NCBI RefSeq assembly: GCF_009914755.1
Contig: NC_060927.1
Reading direction: 5' to 3' (one strand)
DNA from: the human T2T-CHM13v2.0 reference genome, Homo sapiens
DNA length: 64,000 bases
Part shown: in pieces, positions 23,561-38,755 of the stretch
Numbering within the stretch: position 1 is the stretch's first letter
How the letters are laid out: each line of letters opens with the position of its first letter
The notes under the pieces: generated by a model
Seen by the model: the letters and a program-made list of their open reading frames with translations, nothing else
What the model was told of the DNA's origin: nothing
The model's database searches: none
Program-made: the position numbers and the translations under genes

Positions 23561-23821
23561 GCCTGGGCCACTCGGTCTTGTTCCTGGTTGGTTCCCTGCC
23601 CTTCCTGTACTCTGTTAGGCATGGGTGCTTCTACGAAAACTTCCTCCACAGCCCCACTGAGGCCCTTAGGTCAGGGATTCTCAGGGGTTTCACTCCTAGA
23701 AGCACATGATAGAAATCACCTCTGTTCATCAGATTGTAGGTCTCCTTCTCCCCAGGATGACGTGTTCCCTCAAGGGAGCCCCGTCCCCACCCTATGAGTA
23801 GCGAGCCTGGCAAGGTCATGA

Positions 23822-24179
<358 letters not shown>

Positions 24180-24271
24180 CTCCTCTTCCCCTTTTAAAGA
24201 TCATCCATCATTGTATTTCTCAGAAATTTGTTTCTAAAGACTCTTATCTCTCTTATGTCTTCCCCTTAGGG

Positions 24272-24620
24272 TGTGGTGGCTCTCAACCAGGGGTGCTTTT
24301 GCCCTTCAAGGGCCATTTGGCAACATCTGGAGACATATTTGGTTGTCATGACTGAGGGAAGGATACTGTTGGCATCTATCTACTAGGTAAGGGCCTGGGA
24401 TGCAGCTCTCCACCCTACAGTGCCCAGGACAGCCCCTCACAGCAAGGAATTAGCACAAAATGTTGACAGTGCCAGGTACCATGGGGCCAGCCTATAGACC
24501 CAGCTTCTCGGGAGGCTGACATGGGAGGATTGCTTAAGCACAGGTGTTTGAGTCTAGCCTGAGCAACATTGTGAAACTCTGCTCTATTTTTTTTTAAGTG
24601 CCAAGATGAAGAGATCCTAT
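24272..24620 (+). mobile_element. MER20 (hAT-Charlie), interrupted near its end by a FLAM/FAM monomer
   Basis: ggctctcaaccaggggtgcttttgccc...tttggcaacatctggagacatatttggttgtca...caggacagcccc; resumes agtgccaagatgaagagatcct. Confidence 0.8.
24475..24597 (+). mobile_element. FLAM/FAM-like Alu monomer
   Basis: cccagcttctcgggaggctgacatgggaggattgcttaagc...agcctgagcaacattgtgaaactct. Confidence 0.7.
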
Positions 24621-24634
24621 TTGGGGCAACTTTG

Positions 24635-24778
24635 TATACCTCGTAATCACCTGAAGTGCTCGGTAAAAAGATTTCCACCGCAGAGTCCTAGTCTAGGCTC
24701 GGGCTCAAGAATCTGCATTTAGATGAGCACACCTATGCCTACATGGATGGTTTAAGGCCCACCTTTGAGAAACACTGT
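24635..24778. mobile_element. MER5-type DNA transposon
   Basis: aatcacctgaagtgct...caagaatctgcattt...cctttgagaaacactg. Confidence 0.6.
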
Positions 24779-27700
24779 TTAGAATCTTAGGTTAGAAGCT
24801 GGATTCCTTGCACTCTTTCTTCCTGGCATGAGGGATCCACAGGCTCCAGGCATAGAACCTTCCTTGCCTGAGCTGCCAGGAGCACTGAACTCACAGGCTT
24901 CCTCTCTCCTGGACTGGTCTCAGCTCCTGCACCTTGCTTCCCTGGAGAGCCCTGGTTTTCATCCCTATCTTTTAGAACCAAGGGGCAAAACAGGATGTTC
25001 TCCAGGCGAGTAACAGTTGAGGACCCTGCCCTGCTGCTCCTTCCCTGGGCTGTGGTCTGCTGAGGCAGGGACACTGCTGATTTCCCTCGTTTCTCACCGC
25101 AATTCTCCTCTGTTGTGGCCTAAGGCAAGTTGTGCTTACGCAAGTTTCAGCATCTCAACACAGGAGTGTACTTTTTTGACAGGGGCTACTGTCTCTCTAC
25201 CTTCTGTCAGCACTGTGCAGGATATCTACAGTCCTGGGACAGCTGCTTTTGCTACTTCCTTGAACACGGCTGGTCGTAAATATCCACTGTCATGTGAACA
25301 CTTGTATGTTTCCAGTAGGCATTCCCCATCACATCAAACATCCTGGTTTGCAAAGTGTTTTCAGATATTCAAAGAATAAGTGGAGGCCATGCGCATCATC
25401 TCTCTAGATGAGAAATAGTGATAGTGCTGGAGCTGGGAAAAGACCGCAGGCCTATTTGCTCTTTTTGCGTTGCCTGAATGAGACCTGGTGGTTGTTCAAG
25501 TGCAGTGAGTAGAAGGTTTGTCTTTTTTTCCCCCTCTTTCTCCCGAAGCTCTCTCTCCCAGCCTTGCTTTATTTGTTCATTCTTTCAAGTCCATTATTCA
25601 GTGCACGCCTCACCAATATCACCAGTGTTTTTGGCAGAGTAAGAGCTGAGGAGGGAAGACTTCATTGTCTGAGGTCAGAAATACTCCAAGTGCATGAGTT
25701 TCCTGTCCTTCCCTATGGCTGTTGATTCAGAATGTGAGATGCCAGTTCAGCTAAGGTTGGTTCAGGTTGGTCAGCCAAAGGAACTTAATCCACAGGGCTG
25801 GGGCTGGCTGGAGTGCCGTGATAAGAACTTCTGCAGCTTCTGTGGCCTCTGCAGCACCTGCTAGGCATCACCACTGAGCAGGCAGGATGGCTTCTCCCAG
25901 AGGTCTGTGGCCTTGACATTCTCTTCCACCTGCATGGAGGGACCAGCCATGGCTCCCTTTGTTTGAGTGCTTATGTACCAGGCACTCCACCAGGGGCTTT
26001 ATCTCTAGTCACACACAGGTCTAGTAAGTAGATGCAGGTATTCCCTCTGTACCACTGGGAACCTGGGCCTCAGAGAGTATGTAGCTTGCTCAAGGCCACA
26101 CAGCTTGTTAAGTGGTAGAAGCGGGATTTAAACCTGAGGCAGGCTGGCTTCACATCTCTACCCTTGCCTCCATTGTTGAAGCTGTGATTTGTCTTTTGAA
26201 AGGGCGGGAAGATTTCCTTTCAGAAATGGAGATGGCCCCTGCCCCGCAGAACCCAGCTCACTGCTGTAATTACTCTGGATCCCGGGCCATGTCGGGTCCC
26301 CTCCAGACAGTCTGCTTCCATGTCACTTATGAAGTGCCGTCCCAGGAACTCATGACGCCTCAGGACTGTCCTTCTCAAGGCTGCTCATGGAATTCAGCTC
26401 CTCTGTGTGCCTTACCACTTACTCTAGGTGTAACACCAGGTGTCTAAAAAGTGTTTCCTTACAGCTGTGTTCCTGCTCTCAGGACCAGTTAAAAGTGTTC
26501 ATGGTAAAGTAGAACCTGAAAGATGCCTTAGGAATAAGATTGGAGCCATTAATTTAGGAGGAGAACATTGCACGTGCCAGTGTGGAGAGCACAGGCCAGA
26601 TTAGATGGAGCTGGCCAACGTCTGGGCAGGGAGAGGGCACAAGCAGCTGAGCCCGTCAGGATGTGTACCATGTAGCCTTGGGATGGCACTCATCAGGGCA
26701 GCTCTGTCTGGAGGGCTCCTCATCACCTGAGGCTGCAGGTGCTCTGTAGAAACCATCATCTTCCCCGGGAAATATGCAATGAATGGTCCACTTTCACTAC
26801 CACAGCAGAAGACTCATGGTCTGCTGGGCTCCTTCCTCTCCCTTTCCTTGTATTCAATCAATTCCCGTACTTCCTAAATATTTATGAACTGTTTCTCCTC
26901 TCCATCCATACTGCCCCGTCATCTGTTACCTGGACCTTTGTGGTCTCCTTGCCTTTAGTCCCACAGCTTCAATAAGTCCATATTTCTCATTACCACACAA
27001 AACAGCCTGCCAGTTCCCTGCTCAGAAGGATGGTCCCCATCCTTATGGTCTGTCCTTCACGGTCCTGGGTGTCCTAGCCCCTTCTGGCTGTCTGCCTGCA
27101 GCTCCCCTGGCCCCACCTCACATGCTCCCACCAGCAGAATGGACCTGCTTCTGCCTTGGGGTGCACTTGGTACACCTTCAGGTATCTCTGTGTACTTCTG
27201 GGACCTTGTATTAAATGTGTTCTCTCTACCTTGTCCTGACCAGTGTCCCCTTTAAGACTCAGCCTAGCCATTGCCTCCTCCAGGAAGCCTCTCTGGATCC
27301 CACTGGGCGGAGCTCAGTGTTTCCTAGCCCCTGTGTTGGCTGCACCATCGTGAGACTGGTGTGACTCTTGCCTTAATCTGAACCCTGCAGGCTAAGGGTG
27401 ATTCTTCCTCATCACAACACCAGAATCCAGAGCAGGAAGAGGGAAGAAGGGTGCCCTGTGGGGAAGTACCCACCCTGCATGGGTCCTGGGGAACCCGTGG
27501 CCTGTGTGCCTGTCCAGCAGGGTGCTGGCCACCACAGGCTATGCCAGGGAAAGGGCTGCCTGCCTTCTGAAGAGCAGAGACCCAGGCCTGTCAGTGGACA
27601 CCTGGGACTGTTGGGGAGCACATGGAGAGCTGGCACGTAGAGCCTCTAGCTGGCAGGTGCTGGCGCACTGCTCTCGTGCTACAGTGATGGAGTGGCACCT

Positions 27701-29489
27701 AAAAGCCATGGGAGAGCTTCCCTCAGAAATTTGGAACACCAGGGGCAGAGGGGAAAGAGCTGGAGAGAATTGGGCTCAAGTTTTGTAGTGTTTTAATGAA
27801 AGACTCCCGAGGCTTCTGGTGAGGGTTCTTGATGGCATCATACTTCATGCAGTTTTAAATAAACCAGGCAGTTTAGAGGTGCGTCAGTGTCCTTAGAATC
27901 CTACAGTCCCAGGGTTTAGACTCTAACCCGGGGAGGTAAAGGTATTTTCGCAGTTTATGCAGTGTGTTAAAGGTCTTCTAACAAACAAAGCACTGTATTT
28001 TTGTTTTTTCTTAAAATGATTTGAAATATCAGAAAAATCACATCCTGTCACATGTTCTCCCTTAGGAATATTGCCATGAAAACCTGTAGGGTCCTGTGCT
28101 TTCTGCTCTTCTCCCAGGAGAAATATGGATCATCTCATTGTCTCTTGTTAAAATGGTCAGACTCAGCTATTATTTTTTGATATGCTAATGGCATCTAATG
28201 AGAACAACAGCTTTCAGTAAAATAAATAGAATATATTGTAGAATCTGGTAGTTTGCTGGTGGTTGTTGGATATTAGCCAGTGACTTTGTCTGGCCTAGAA
28301 TAATGGCTAATAATACTTACTCTGAGCACTGTTAAGTGTCAGCTCATATAGCCTGCTTCTTTGTAGCTGCTCAAGAAATGTTCATTATATGAGTTAGTGG
28401 GCAAAGGTGCTTGCTGCAGAAGACTGCTTTCTAATCACATATTCAGGGACCCCAGTACCCAGTGCAGGTGTTACTGGTGTGGGTGGTGTTTAGAAAGAAG
28501 CTTGATGAGTTCAAATGATACAGAAGCACAGCAAGGCATTGGGAAGAAGAGATAATGCAAAGCTTGTTTGAGTCTGGTGAGAAGAAACGGGCCTCCATTG
28601 CCAGAACCCCAGGAATGTTTGTCTGTACTTGGGAATTGTGTGTGAGTTAACAGGCCAGCCTGCCAGAACTGTGACAGTGTTGTACTCTCATTCTTGGTAT
28701 TTGTATTTTGTGACATTTTTTAAAGTGTGGTGAGGTATAATTGTTAACATTTTATGTTTTATTGGCAGTGTTTTATTGAAAATACCTCACTTCCCTCATG
28801 AACATGTGATCTTAAAAATATCGGCAGTACTTTTAAATGTGTTATCATTATCTCCTATGACCACTTTTCCCCTGGTGGGCTGGAATGAACTTCACTGGAA
28901 AGTGAACGAATGTGTGAATGTCGCATCACAGAAATTCATTTTGCAACCGGACTCTAATAGAATACATTTATTCCATTAAGATAAACAGATCCCTTTCCTC
29001 TTTTAGAGCAGTTTTCAAATGTGTAAATGATTGAAGAAGAAAAAGAGTTATGAGGAAAGTCTAGAAAGAAAAACCTGGATCCATAATATGATAAGAGAGA
29101 AAGCAGCCAGCGGACTCAGCAGGGTGAAGAGTGTCAGCAGAGCAGAGGGAGCGGGTTGCAATGGAATCTGAGCAGCATCCAAAGCACTTTGGGTAGGAGG
29201 AGCATCTAGATCATGAAGATTTTAAGTCACCAGCCTGTGAATTAACAACCACTAATTGAGATTCTGAGGCCAAAATGTGCTTCTGCTAAAATAAGGGGGA
29301 AAAAGATAGAAGTGTTTGAATCCACTTATTTTTCAGAAAGAAACTCAGGAAGGAGAAACCAGGACCTAATGGAATTGTTACTCATAGCGGGGAATGGGGA
29401 TGGGATGGGACTTCTTTGAGTAGACTTTTTATATATAGTTTGGCTTTTAAACCCTGTTGATGTTTTGTTTATTCAAAAATTAAGTCAAC

Positions 29490-29790
<301 letters not shown>

Positions 29791-31059
29791 TCAACAAAGA
29801 TGATGGAAAAATGAATACAAACAGCATTAAAGGAACCTAACTCTATATCAGATACCACAACCACACAGAAGGAAAAAAGTTAGGTTAGGTAGACCAGCTG
29901 CATCAAACTAGATTTAAACAAGCACAAATGAGTGTGTATAAATCTGGTGAAATCTGAATAAGATTGGTGGATTACATCAATTAGTGGATCAGTGGTTGTG
30001 ATATTGTCCTATAGTTATTAAGACATTACCATTGGCGGAAGGTACATGGGATTGTCTGAATTATTTATTAGCACTGCCTGGGAATCTACAATTATCTCAA
30101 AATAAAATGTATAGTTAAAAAAGTAATTTGGGTAACTTTTGAACATAGTACTCTGTACATCCTCAGTAGAGTGTATTCTAAGGAAGAAATGAAACCTTGA
30201 GCTTCACTTAGGCTTGATTTCCATTGGTATGGTGATTACAAGCTGTTTTATTTGTATTATAGGACTGAGCAAATGAGCACTGGTGTCATTAGGAGCTAGA
30301 GTTCTCACTGTAGGGGACAGAAGGTGCAAAAATGGAATGGAGGAAGAAAGAGCCTTGTGGTCTTGGTTTGGAATAAGCAGAATCAATATGAATTCAGGGT
30401 TTTAAAGAAGTCTATTTTTCCCAGCTTTGTTCCCGGAAAGAACACTGAAAGTGAAGACACATCAGTAGTAGTAAGCACTCCTTTCACCTAAATCTTGGTT
30501 TCTAAATGACCATTCCTAATTGAAAGAAACCAGTGTTTCCTGAAATCTGGCTGGTTCCGAGGCTGCAACAGGAAATTGACAGGGTGAGCCTAGGACATTT
30601 TATTTTATGAAAAAGAAGGAAGTGTTCACAGAATGATGGCAGTATGTGAGTCCACGTACCACTGAGGATCCAGCCTGAAAGGGCTCCCACGAGCCACACT
30701 TAGAATGCACAGTGAATAATGACAGAAATGGATTAGAACACATTGAATGTTTAAAAAGAGAATCTGAGTCCATTCTGATATAAAACATATGGAAGTATGG
30801 AAAGTAAGGAAAGGAAAATTGTCTTTACAAAAGAATGCCAACTAGTAAGTACAGAAAGGATATACCGTCACTTTTGCCACCTTCGTAATTAATTCAGGCA
30901 AAAATCATGAATTGGTCTGAAGCTATTGGATGAAAGATTGTTGGGAAATAGGATAATCACAGGTCTTGTAGCATCACCCTTCAGATTATGTATTATAGCA
31001 GGGAAGGGATATGGTTGCAGTTTATCTATGCCTGCATCACCAGCCACCTTTGATAATAG

Positions 31060-31563
31060 CATCAGGCAGCCATTCAGTTACAGTGGTGGAGGCTGTGAGT
31101 CAGGAGCAGGAGGAGCAGTTTGTGTCTGCTCCACAGTCTCCTGGGCCTCATCTGGGAAGACTTGATGGCTGTGAGCTGGAATCACCTGCACCTGTCCTCA
31201 TTCACGCTTGTGGCAGTGGATGCTGGCTGTCGGTTGGGACCTTTGCTGGGCTCTTGGCCACACTTGTAAGTGGTCTTTTGGTGTGGCCTCTCTAGGCTTC
31301 CACATTATGTGGTGGCTAGATTCCAAAAGCATGTAGGAGCACAAGGTGTTTTGCAGTCTAGCCTTGTTGATTGCATAATGCCACTTTTGCCCTATTTATT
31401 CAGCTATTGGTTGAAGCAGTCAGAATTCCATCCAAGATCCAGGGAGAGAATACAGACCTCACCACAGTGGGGCAGGGTGGGATGAGGCATCATGTCCCAT
31501 TAGAGTTAGGACATGTGGGTTGGGAGACATTGCTGTGGCCATTGCTGGAAAATATCTGCCATG
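31060..31563 (-). mobile_element. MLT1 (G/H-like) MaLR LTR
   Basis: ggcagtggatgctggctgtcggttgggacct...acatgtgggttgggagacattgctgtggccattgctggaaaatatctgcca. Confidence 0.7.
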
Positions 31564-34054
31564 GGATCTTATAATGGAGCAGTCTAGTGGTCACCATCTT
31601 AATTTCCTATTACCAGTCATGGGATGCATTGAGAAGGGCACTACATTGCCTATGTCATTTTTTTACCAAGAATTTTTTACCTGAATCTAATAATAAGAAA
31701 ACAATCTTTCAAGTCTATATTGAAGGATGATCTCCAAAACAAATGTGCCAGACTCTTCAAAAGTTATCAGTTTCACAAGAGGCCAGAGAAAGGCTGGGAA
31801 TGCTTTAGATTAAAGGAGGATAAAGAGACATGTCAAGTGAATCCAATGTGTGAACCTTGATTGGATCCTGAATGGGAGAGCAGCATCATTACTGGGGTAA
31901 TTGGAAAAATCAGATATAGACTATATTAGAAGAGCATTGTGCTGATGTGAAATATCCTGAGTGTGTGACAGTTGTTTTATAAAGACAAAATAGGAACGTG
32001 TCAGAATGTCCTTGTTTTTAGGAGTTGGAGCTGAAGTGCTTAGAGATGAATTGTCGTAATGACTGCCGTGATGAAATGTGTAAATGTGGTGAAACCCTAA
32101 CAAGTGATGAATCTAGGTGAAATGTATATGGGCACTTATCATATTATTCTGCAAATTTTGTTGGTTTGAAAATTTTTCAAAATAAGAACAAGTGTTGGGT
32201 AAACCTACACCCAGACTCTCCTCCTTAGTGGCAGAAATAAGATTTCTGGGAGGATGAAGGAACAGAAAAGATTTAAGTGTAAGGAAAAGTAGCCATCAGC
32301 TCTGCTCTCTGGTTAGGGAGATGCCATTCTCATGTGACAATATACTAGGTGTGATACACCTGGGATAAGAGGAGGGCAGTGTGGGCCGGCTGACAGTGCC
32401 CCTTTCAGTGATGGAAACTCACAGAAAGGAAGTAGGGCGAGTGTACAGTCCTCAGTGTTTTATGGGGACAAAGACTAGAGGGGAGGTTGGGACTGAGTGA
32501 TGGGCTTTATTTCTAGAAGCCCCTCCTGCAGGGCAGCAGGACCGGCAGCTGCCAGGCCCACACATGCCTCGGGAGAAAGACCATAGCCAGGCCTTGGATT
32601 GGGAGTGGTGGCCAACCCCATCAGAAAACAAGATGCAAAATGCTGTGATCTCACACAGAACAGAACCAAGCAGACACCCACAAAGACAGAGTCACCCTGC
32701 TGAGATTCCCACACCCAAGCACCTTACTCTGCCTTTCACCATATTGAATCACTAAGTTTTTAAATATAAACTCATCTGATAGCCTTACCATCTGAGAGGA
32801 TGATTCTGAGGTATCCAGGTGATGAATAAGGATCTGAGGGAGACCCACTCACACTATCTGGGGGACAAATTCTAGGCTTAGAGAAATCAGTTATTTAAGG
32901 ATGAGTAAAAGGGAAAATTTAAAAGCCCAGCAAGAGGCATGTAAAAAGTATATAGCATTAGAAGAGAGTTACAGTGCTCAAGGTAAAAACATCTCTTTTT
33001 TTTCATGTTTTACTGGAAAATGTGTACTCAAGGAAATTAAAGGAAGTCATGAAACAAGAAATAGTGAAAATGATCAAAGGTTCCTTGCCTCGGTTTCTGA
33101 CATTGTGAGTCAGGCTGTTGAGGTGGAGGCTGGAACATGGATCTAATGCACAGAATTGGTCCTTGGGATCCCCAAAGAAACCCCAGAGCAAATGGACAAC
33201 AGCAATAATCATAGATGTCATAGGAGGAAAGATCTCTGAGTCAGATTCTAAATGGGCAGAGCACACATTTGCAGAACTGCCGACCTGTATGGGAGGACAC
33301 AGTCTGTGGCCAGGAAAGCTTCCTCAAAAGAAAGTTAATGGCTGCCAAGCCCGCATATGGGCTGTTTGCCCCAGGCTTGCTTGCACTCTCCAACTGTCCT
33401 CGTAGGCCTCCCAGGCTTGCTCTGTACATTTGTTCCTGAATGCAAAATACAATGGGTAGAGCCTGTTTCCTTCCCTGTGGCCTTAGGCACTGAACTGCTC
33501 TGCCCCTCCTCTGGGCACCCCACCCCACACTATGCCCTTTGCCTCTCTTGGGGTCCTGGTGTCTCCCCCAGTGCTGAGTGGTTTCCTTTGTTTGCCTTTC
33601 CACAGGGCTCTGTGCTGGACATGCTGAGCGCAGCTTCTCCTGGCTACTCGCCCCAAGCCCCCCATTGAGCAGGGCCCTATGTGTGTTGACAGACTTGAAT
33701 GAATATTGATTTAATACAAGTGTATAGCAAAACTTTTGTGAGAAAAGGTGTAAGAGAGCTGACCCTCATTGCCCATCATGAGAAATTAATCACTAATACC
33801 ACAAGTCGTTGCATCTCAAGATTGCTGTAAAAACATAGAATTCAGAGCCCCAGAGTTAGTGCTGAGGGGATGGAAAGGAGCTTCTCGAAGGAGTCGGCTG
33901 GAGTATTGGAAGGGTGGATGGGGCACCGCTGTGTTTTGTTGTATCTTTTTGCACTTAATGACTATTGATTAAAATAGTTCTTTGATTAAAATTAAAACTA
34001 ATTGAACTTTTTAATAGATAAGTGCTCTGACAAAAGAAAGAACGAGGTACTGCG

Positions 34055-34381
34055 GGAGGGCATCTGAAGGTGGGGTCTCCAGGCTGCCCTGGCAGGTGGC
34101 TCTGGGTGGGGTGACTGCTACTATTTGTAAAAAGCATGCAGTTTACATAGCACCTTCCTCCTAGTACCTTCCACTTAAACAAGGGTCTCAGTTCCTTTCA
34201 CGTCCTGGATTCCAAAGGACGGCCCAGGAGTTCAGATGTCCTTTGTAGATAAGGAATGAATCTCTGGGTTGGCCACTCCCTGATTTGTTATCTCGGAACT
34301 CCAAACACACATCCTTCATAGCCCATAGTGTCCTTCTCAGGGTATGCTTAAGTTACTGCCGTCAGGGGCGTCTGCCAGATA
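34055..34381 (-). mobile_element. ERVL-class LTR fragment (MER74/MER54 group)
   Basis: Reverse complement begins tatctggcagacgcccctgacggcagtaacttaagcataccctgagaa; core near-identical to 8795-8845. Confidence 0.6.
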
Positions 34382-34997
34382 CCCTCAGAGCCCCAAGCTA
34401 TCCCCAGGTATCAGCAGGTAGCAGGAAGCGGTGTGGAGTAGTGGCAAGAGTACCTCTCTTACATTTCCACCTGGACCTCCCTCTCCGCCTTGCCTCATCG
34501 TCTCTAACCTCTCTGAGCCTCTGTTCACGCATGGAGATGCCTACCTTGGCCGCTGTGTCAGGATGGAAGAGGAACTGCTATGAAAGGGTTTTATCAAGAG
34601 GAAGGTGCTGTGAAGATTCTGGTTGTGCTACTAAGAAACAGAAGTCCTGGTTCTCCGCTGCAGAGGTTCCTCTGATGTGAACTCTGTCTCTGGCCTCAAC
34701 TCCAATTCATTTTCTCAGATATTTATGAATTAATTTCTTTTACGAATCATCTGTTGATGATAATAATCATGATAGCTGCAATTCATTTAACACCTGTTAT
34801 CGCCAGGCCCTATATTAGGCACATATCAGAAATTACCTTTTTTACTCCTCACAGCAATCTGTGAAGGAAGCAAAGTTACCTCCACTTTATACAAGAGCAA
34901 CTTGAACCTTTCTAAGGCAATTATCACACATGCAAGACTTCTGGAAGAGCCAGGACGCTCCTTGTACAGAGGGCTCCTTGATTTGAGGAAGCCCACA

Positions 34998-35787
34998 TGT
35001 GATACTGTGAAATATATATTTGGTATTCTGCCCTCATTTTCTGGCGTACAACTCCTGAAATCCTTAGGATCTCCAAAATGATAAGTTCTCTTTGTGCTGT
35101 GAATGACTGACAGCTGGCAGCCCCTAGGCAGCTTCAGGTTGAGGCTGCTCACTGGAATGACAGATGCAGGATTCGAGGGTTGGGACTTTCAGCCCCACCC
35201 ATACCTCTGGGGAAGGGAAAGGGGCTGAAGTTAAGTTGATGGCTGATGGTTTAATCAATCTTGCCTACATAATGAAGCCTCTATAAAAACCCAAACAAGG
35301 ATTGGCTGGAGAGCTTCCAGGTAGCTGAACACTTGGAGGTTCCTGGAGGGTGTGGTGCTCCAAGGAGGACATGGAAGCTCCACGTCCCTTTTCCCCATAC
35401 CTCCCTACAGGCCTCTTCGATTTGTGAACTGGTACACCTCTGTGTTTCCCCGAGTTCTGTGAGCTGCGCTAATTGAATCCCAAGAGGAGGCTGTGGGAAC
35501 CCCAACTCGAAGCCGATTGGTCAGAAGTTCCGGAGGTCCTGTGACTGGTATCTGAGGTGGGGCAATTTTAGGGACTGAGACCTCAACTTGTGGGATCTGC
35601 CACTGTCTTCAGGGAGATGGTGTCGCAATAGAATTGGAGGACACCCAGCTGGTGTCTGCTGCAGAATTGATTGCTTGCTTGCTGATGGAGAGAAATCCCC
35701 ACATATTCTGAGTCACAGAAGTCTTCTGTGTCAACTGCTGTGTGGTGTGATGGCAGAAGAAACATGGTTTGAGTTTTTCCAGACACA
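34998..35787 (+). mobile_element. MER21-type solo LTR
   Basis: tgtgatactgtgaaatatatatttggt...gggttgggactttcagcccc...ctataaaaaccc...gagtttttccagacaca; TG...CA ends. Confidence 0.8.
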
Positions 35788-38437
35788 GTGTTTTGAAGGC
35801 TGGCTGTGGGAACAGACCATCTTCTAAGGCGTACTCCAAACCTTTCTGCCCGGATTACCAGCCACGGCCATCACTGCTGTCCTCACTCTGGGCCCCTGCT
35901 GCCTTTGACCAAATTACAGGGTGTCACACAGCCCCAGCACAACCCGTGTGCCATGGTTTCTAATTCTAAGCCTGTTTTCTTTATGCAATAATGCTTAGTA
36001 TCTGTCTCTGCATACTCTGGGCTGTATTTGTGGATATGAAAATAGAACCTTTTAGAAAATACCTTTTCAAAGCCCCCAAACATCAGGCTTATGTTAAAAT
36101 CTGTAGGTTTTCTCAGTTCTTGTGACATTTCCTGTTTGCATTTGCACAGCTTGGAGAGCAAATATTCACTGATGGGTTACAGATTTATTTTGTCTTCTGT
36201 TCCCATTTCTGTAGTTCAAGTCTTAGCTATTCAGGGCATTCATTTTTGGGGAGTAAAATACTCATTTGAATCTGTTACTTTTCTTTGTATCAAGTTTTCA
36301 AAAGAATTCTTTGGTGAAGAATGGTGCAGGCCTTGACTGGGACACAGCTGGATCTGAGTCCTAGTTCCCGCACTGGCCAGCTCCAAGCCCCGGGTTCTAT
36401 GTGTGAAGTGGCATAGACTCTATGAAAGCACTTGGGGATGGCATACAGTAGGTGCCCATCACAGGCGAATTCTCTTTCCTATGTAGATTAGGCAGCGTCC
36501 TGCAAAAAAGAAATCTTTCCAGCTGAGTCTTTTACACCCCTTACTAAACATTCAGCAAGAACCATTTGTGTACTTAATGTTGGTAATTTTGGCAATCAAA
36601 GAGGGAATTATTTTAACTTAATAATTTATACTATATATATATTGAGCTACATTAGCCCCACAAATCCAGCTATCTACCAACATTTTGAAACTGTTCTAAA
36701 ATTGGAAATTGGAATTCATAGGAGTTGACAAACCATGAAAAAAATTCATCTGTGTGAAGGAAAAGAGAAACAAAAGCAGGTGTGTTGTTTTCACTGATAA
36801 TTGACCATAGGAACTGAACTTGTTTTGAATTATTTGGAGTAGTAAAGAGGGTTCATGAAAGAGGCGGGTGTGGAAAAGGATGATTAGAAAATTTGATCTA
36901 GCAGTTTTTAAAATTCTTTGTCTTTTGTTTCAACCTCCATTCCTCCTTTGATTTTCAAGAAAGTCTGAAACTCCAAAACATCAGACAGGTGGGATACTTA
37001 ATACAAGAGACCAAATTATAGTGTCCTACTGTCATCCCACATTTTGACATAAAAAATCAGATTATTGGAAAGTCACCATTCTCTGGGGCATGGATCTGCC
37101 CCTCTGGTGACTGCCGACGTGTTGTTGGGTTATCCACCATTTGTGCCGGTGGAGGTTCCTGGGAGATCCTCAATGTCTCTGCACTTCCTGACTTCCTCTC
37201 CTCTCCACTGAGGAGTAGAAGAGTGCCTTAGTGAACGCCCCATCTCGCTGACCTGAAGGCCAGTCGTGGCACTGGTGTCAGGGGGCAAGTGTGTAGAAAG
37301 CCAGTTCTGAGACTCCCAGGCCCAGTGCTGTGCCCATTCCAGGGTGAATCTTTACCTGGAAAGAGGGGCTTTGAGATTTGAAGGAGCAAGGAGTTGACAA
37401 TGCTGGCTGGTCCTTCCAGCTCCAGTCAACGTGGGCCTCCTGTTCAGTCTTAAGTTTTGAATACTTGGTGTCAGGGTTTGGAGGATCTACTGTTCCTTTG
37501 AGAAACTATTCTTTGATCAGAGTTGTGACTTTCAGATATGGAGAACACGATTATTTTTTTTCTCCTTCCTTTGAATCCTGTCCTGGCCCAACTCCGCTTT
37601 CTTCCACTTCTTATCAGAGAGAACTGAGCCCCGTTTTACTAAGATTCCTGGTAGCTGCACACTGGCCTGCACTCCTTTAAAGAATCCAGCACCTCAGTGG
37701 AAATTAATTTTAAAACATGCATTTCAAAATCAGTTGAATCACGTTTGAAAAATGTTTTGTGTAAAAATTCTTGCTCAAAATGTGACTGAGTTCATATTGT
37801 AAGAGATATGAGCTCTTTCAGAGAGTAATGTAAGATTAATTTGTAAAATTTCAGGAAGGTGGTGTATATCTAAAGAACCATTACTCTAACTCCCAGCAGC
37901 ACCTCATCTGCTGTCAACAGCTTCTGAAGATTCTCTTCTCTTTGGGCAGAAGGGAAAGTGACTGTCCTGTTATTATTTGCACATAAAACAGGTGTGAATT
38001 TGTATGTCATCTTGCCTTGTCACTTTTACTCTCTTTGGCTTCTCCAAAATGAGGAGAAGAGGCCTCTAAGGAGTCAAACCATAGGAGGGATGATGCTGAC
38101 AGGAGACATGGAAGGACAGAATTCCCAGGATGAGAAGTAGAAGGGCTGGTGCTGGGGGAACCAAGCCTCCTGAGGAGTCTAACTCTGAGCCGGAACGGGC
38201 ACGGGCAGTGGAGTGGAGCACTGCAGCCATGCTAGAAAGAAGGCCAAGGTCTCCCGTGGGAATGATGAGAGTCACAGATAGGGGAGGCTGCTAGATTGTA
38301 ACAATTTCAGTAAAAGACTGCTGTATGAACACTGTTTAAGTGCAAAACACACTTGAATTTAAACAGCATTACCAAGGCCCATTCTGTTTTAGAGATAGAA
38401 GCTCCTTTAATAACAAACTTTTATAGATATAAAGCAA

Positions 38438-38755
38438 CAGTAGTTTCCCCTGATTCACAAGTTCTCTTTTGGAGTTTTCAGTTACCTATAGGCAACCTCA
38501 GTCCAAAAATATTAAGTGGAAATTTTCAGAAATAAACAGCTTGTAAGTTTTAAATTGTATGCTGTTCTTAGGAGTGTGATGGGATCTCCCCCTCTCCCCC
38601 TTCCAGGACATGAATCATCCATTGTCCAGCACATCTACGCTGTAGACACTACTGCCGGTTATCACTCAGTAGCCATCTGAGTTATCAGACCAGCTGTCTG
38701 GGTGTAGCAGTGCTTACGTTCACCTAACCCTATTTTACTTTGTAATGGCTTCAGA
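38438..38755 (+). mobile_element. MER44/Tigger7-derived DNA transposon fragment
   Basis: cagtagtttcccctgattc...ttcagttacc...ccaaaaatattaagtggaaattttcagaaataaaca. Confidence 0.75.
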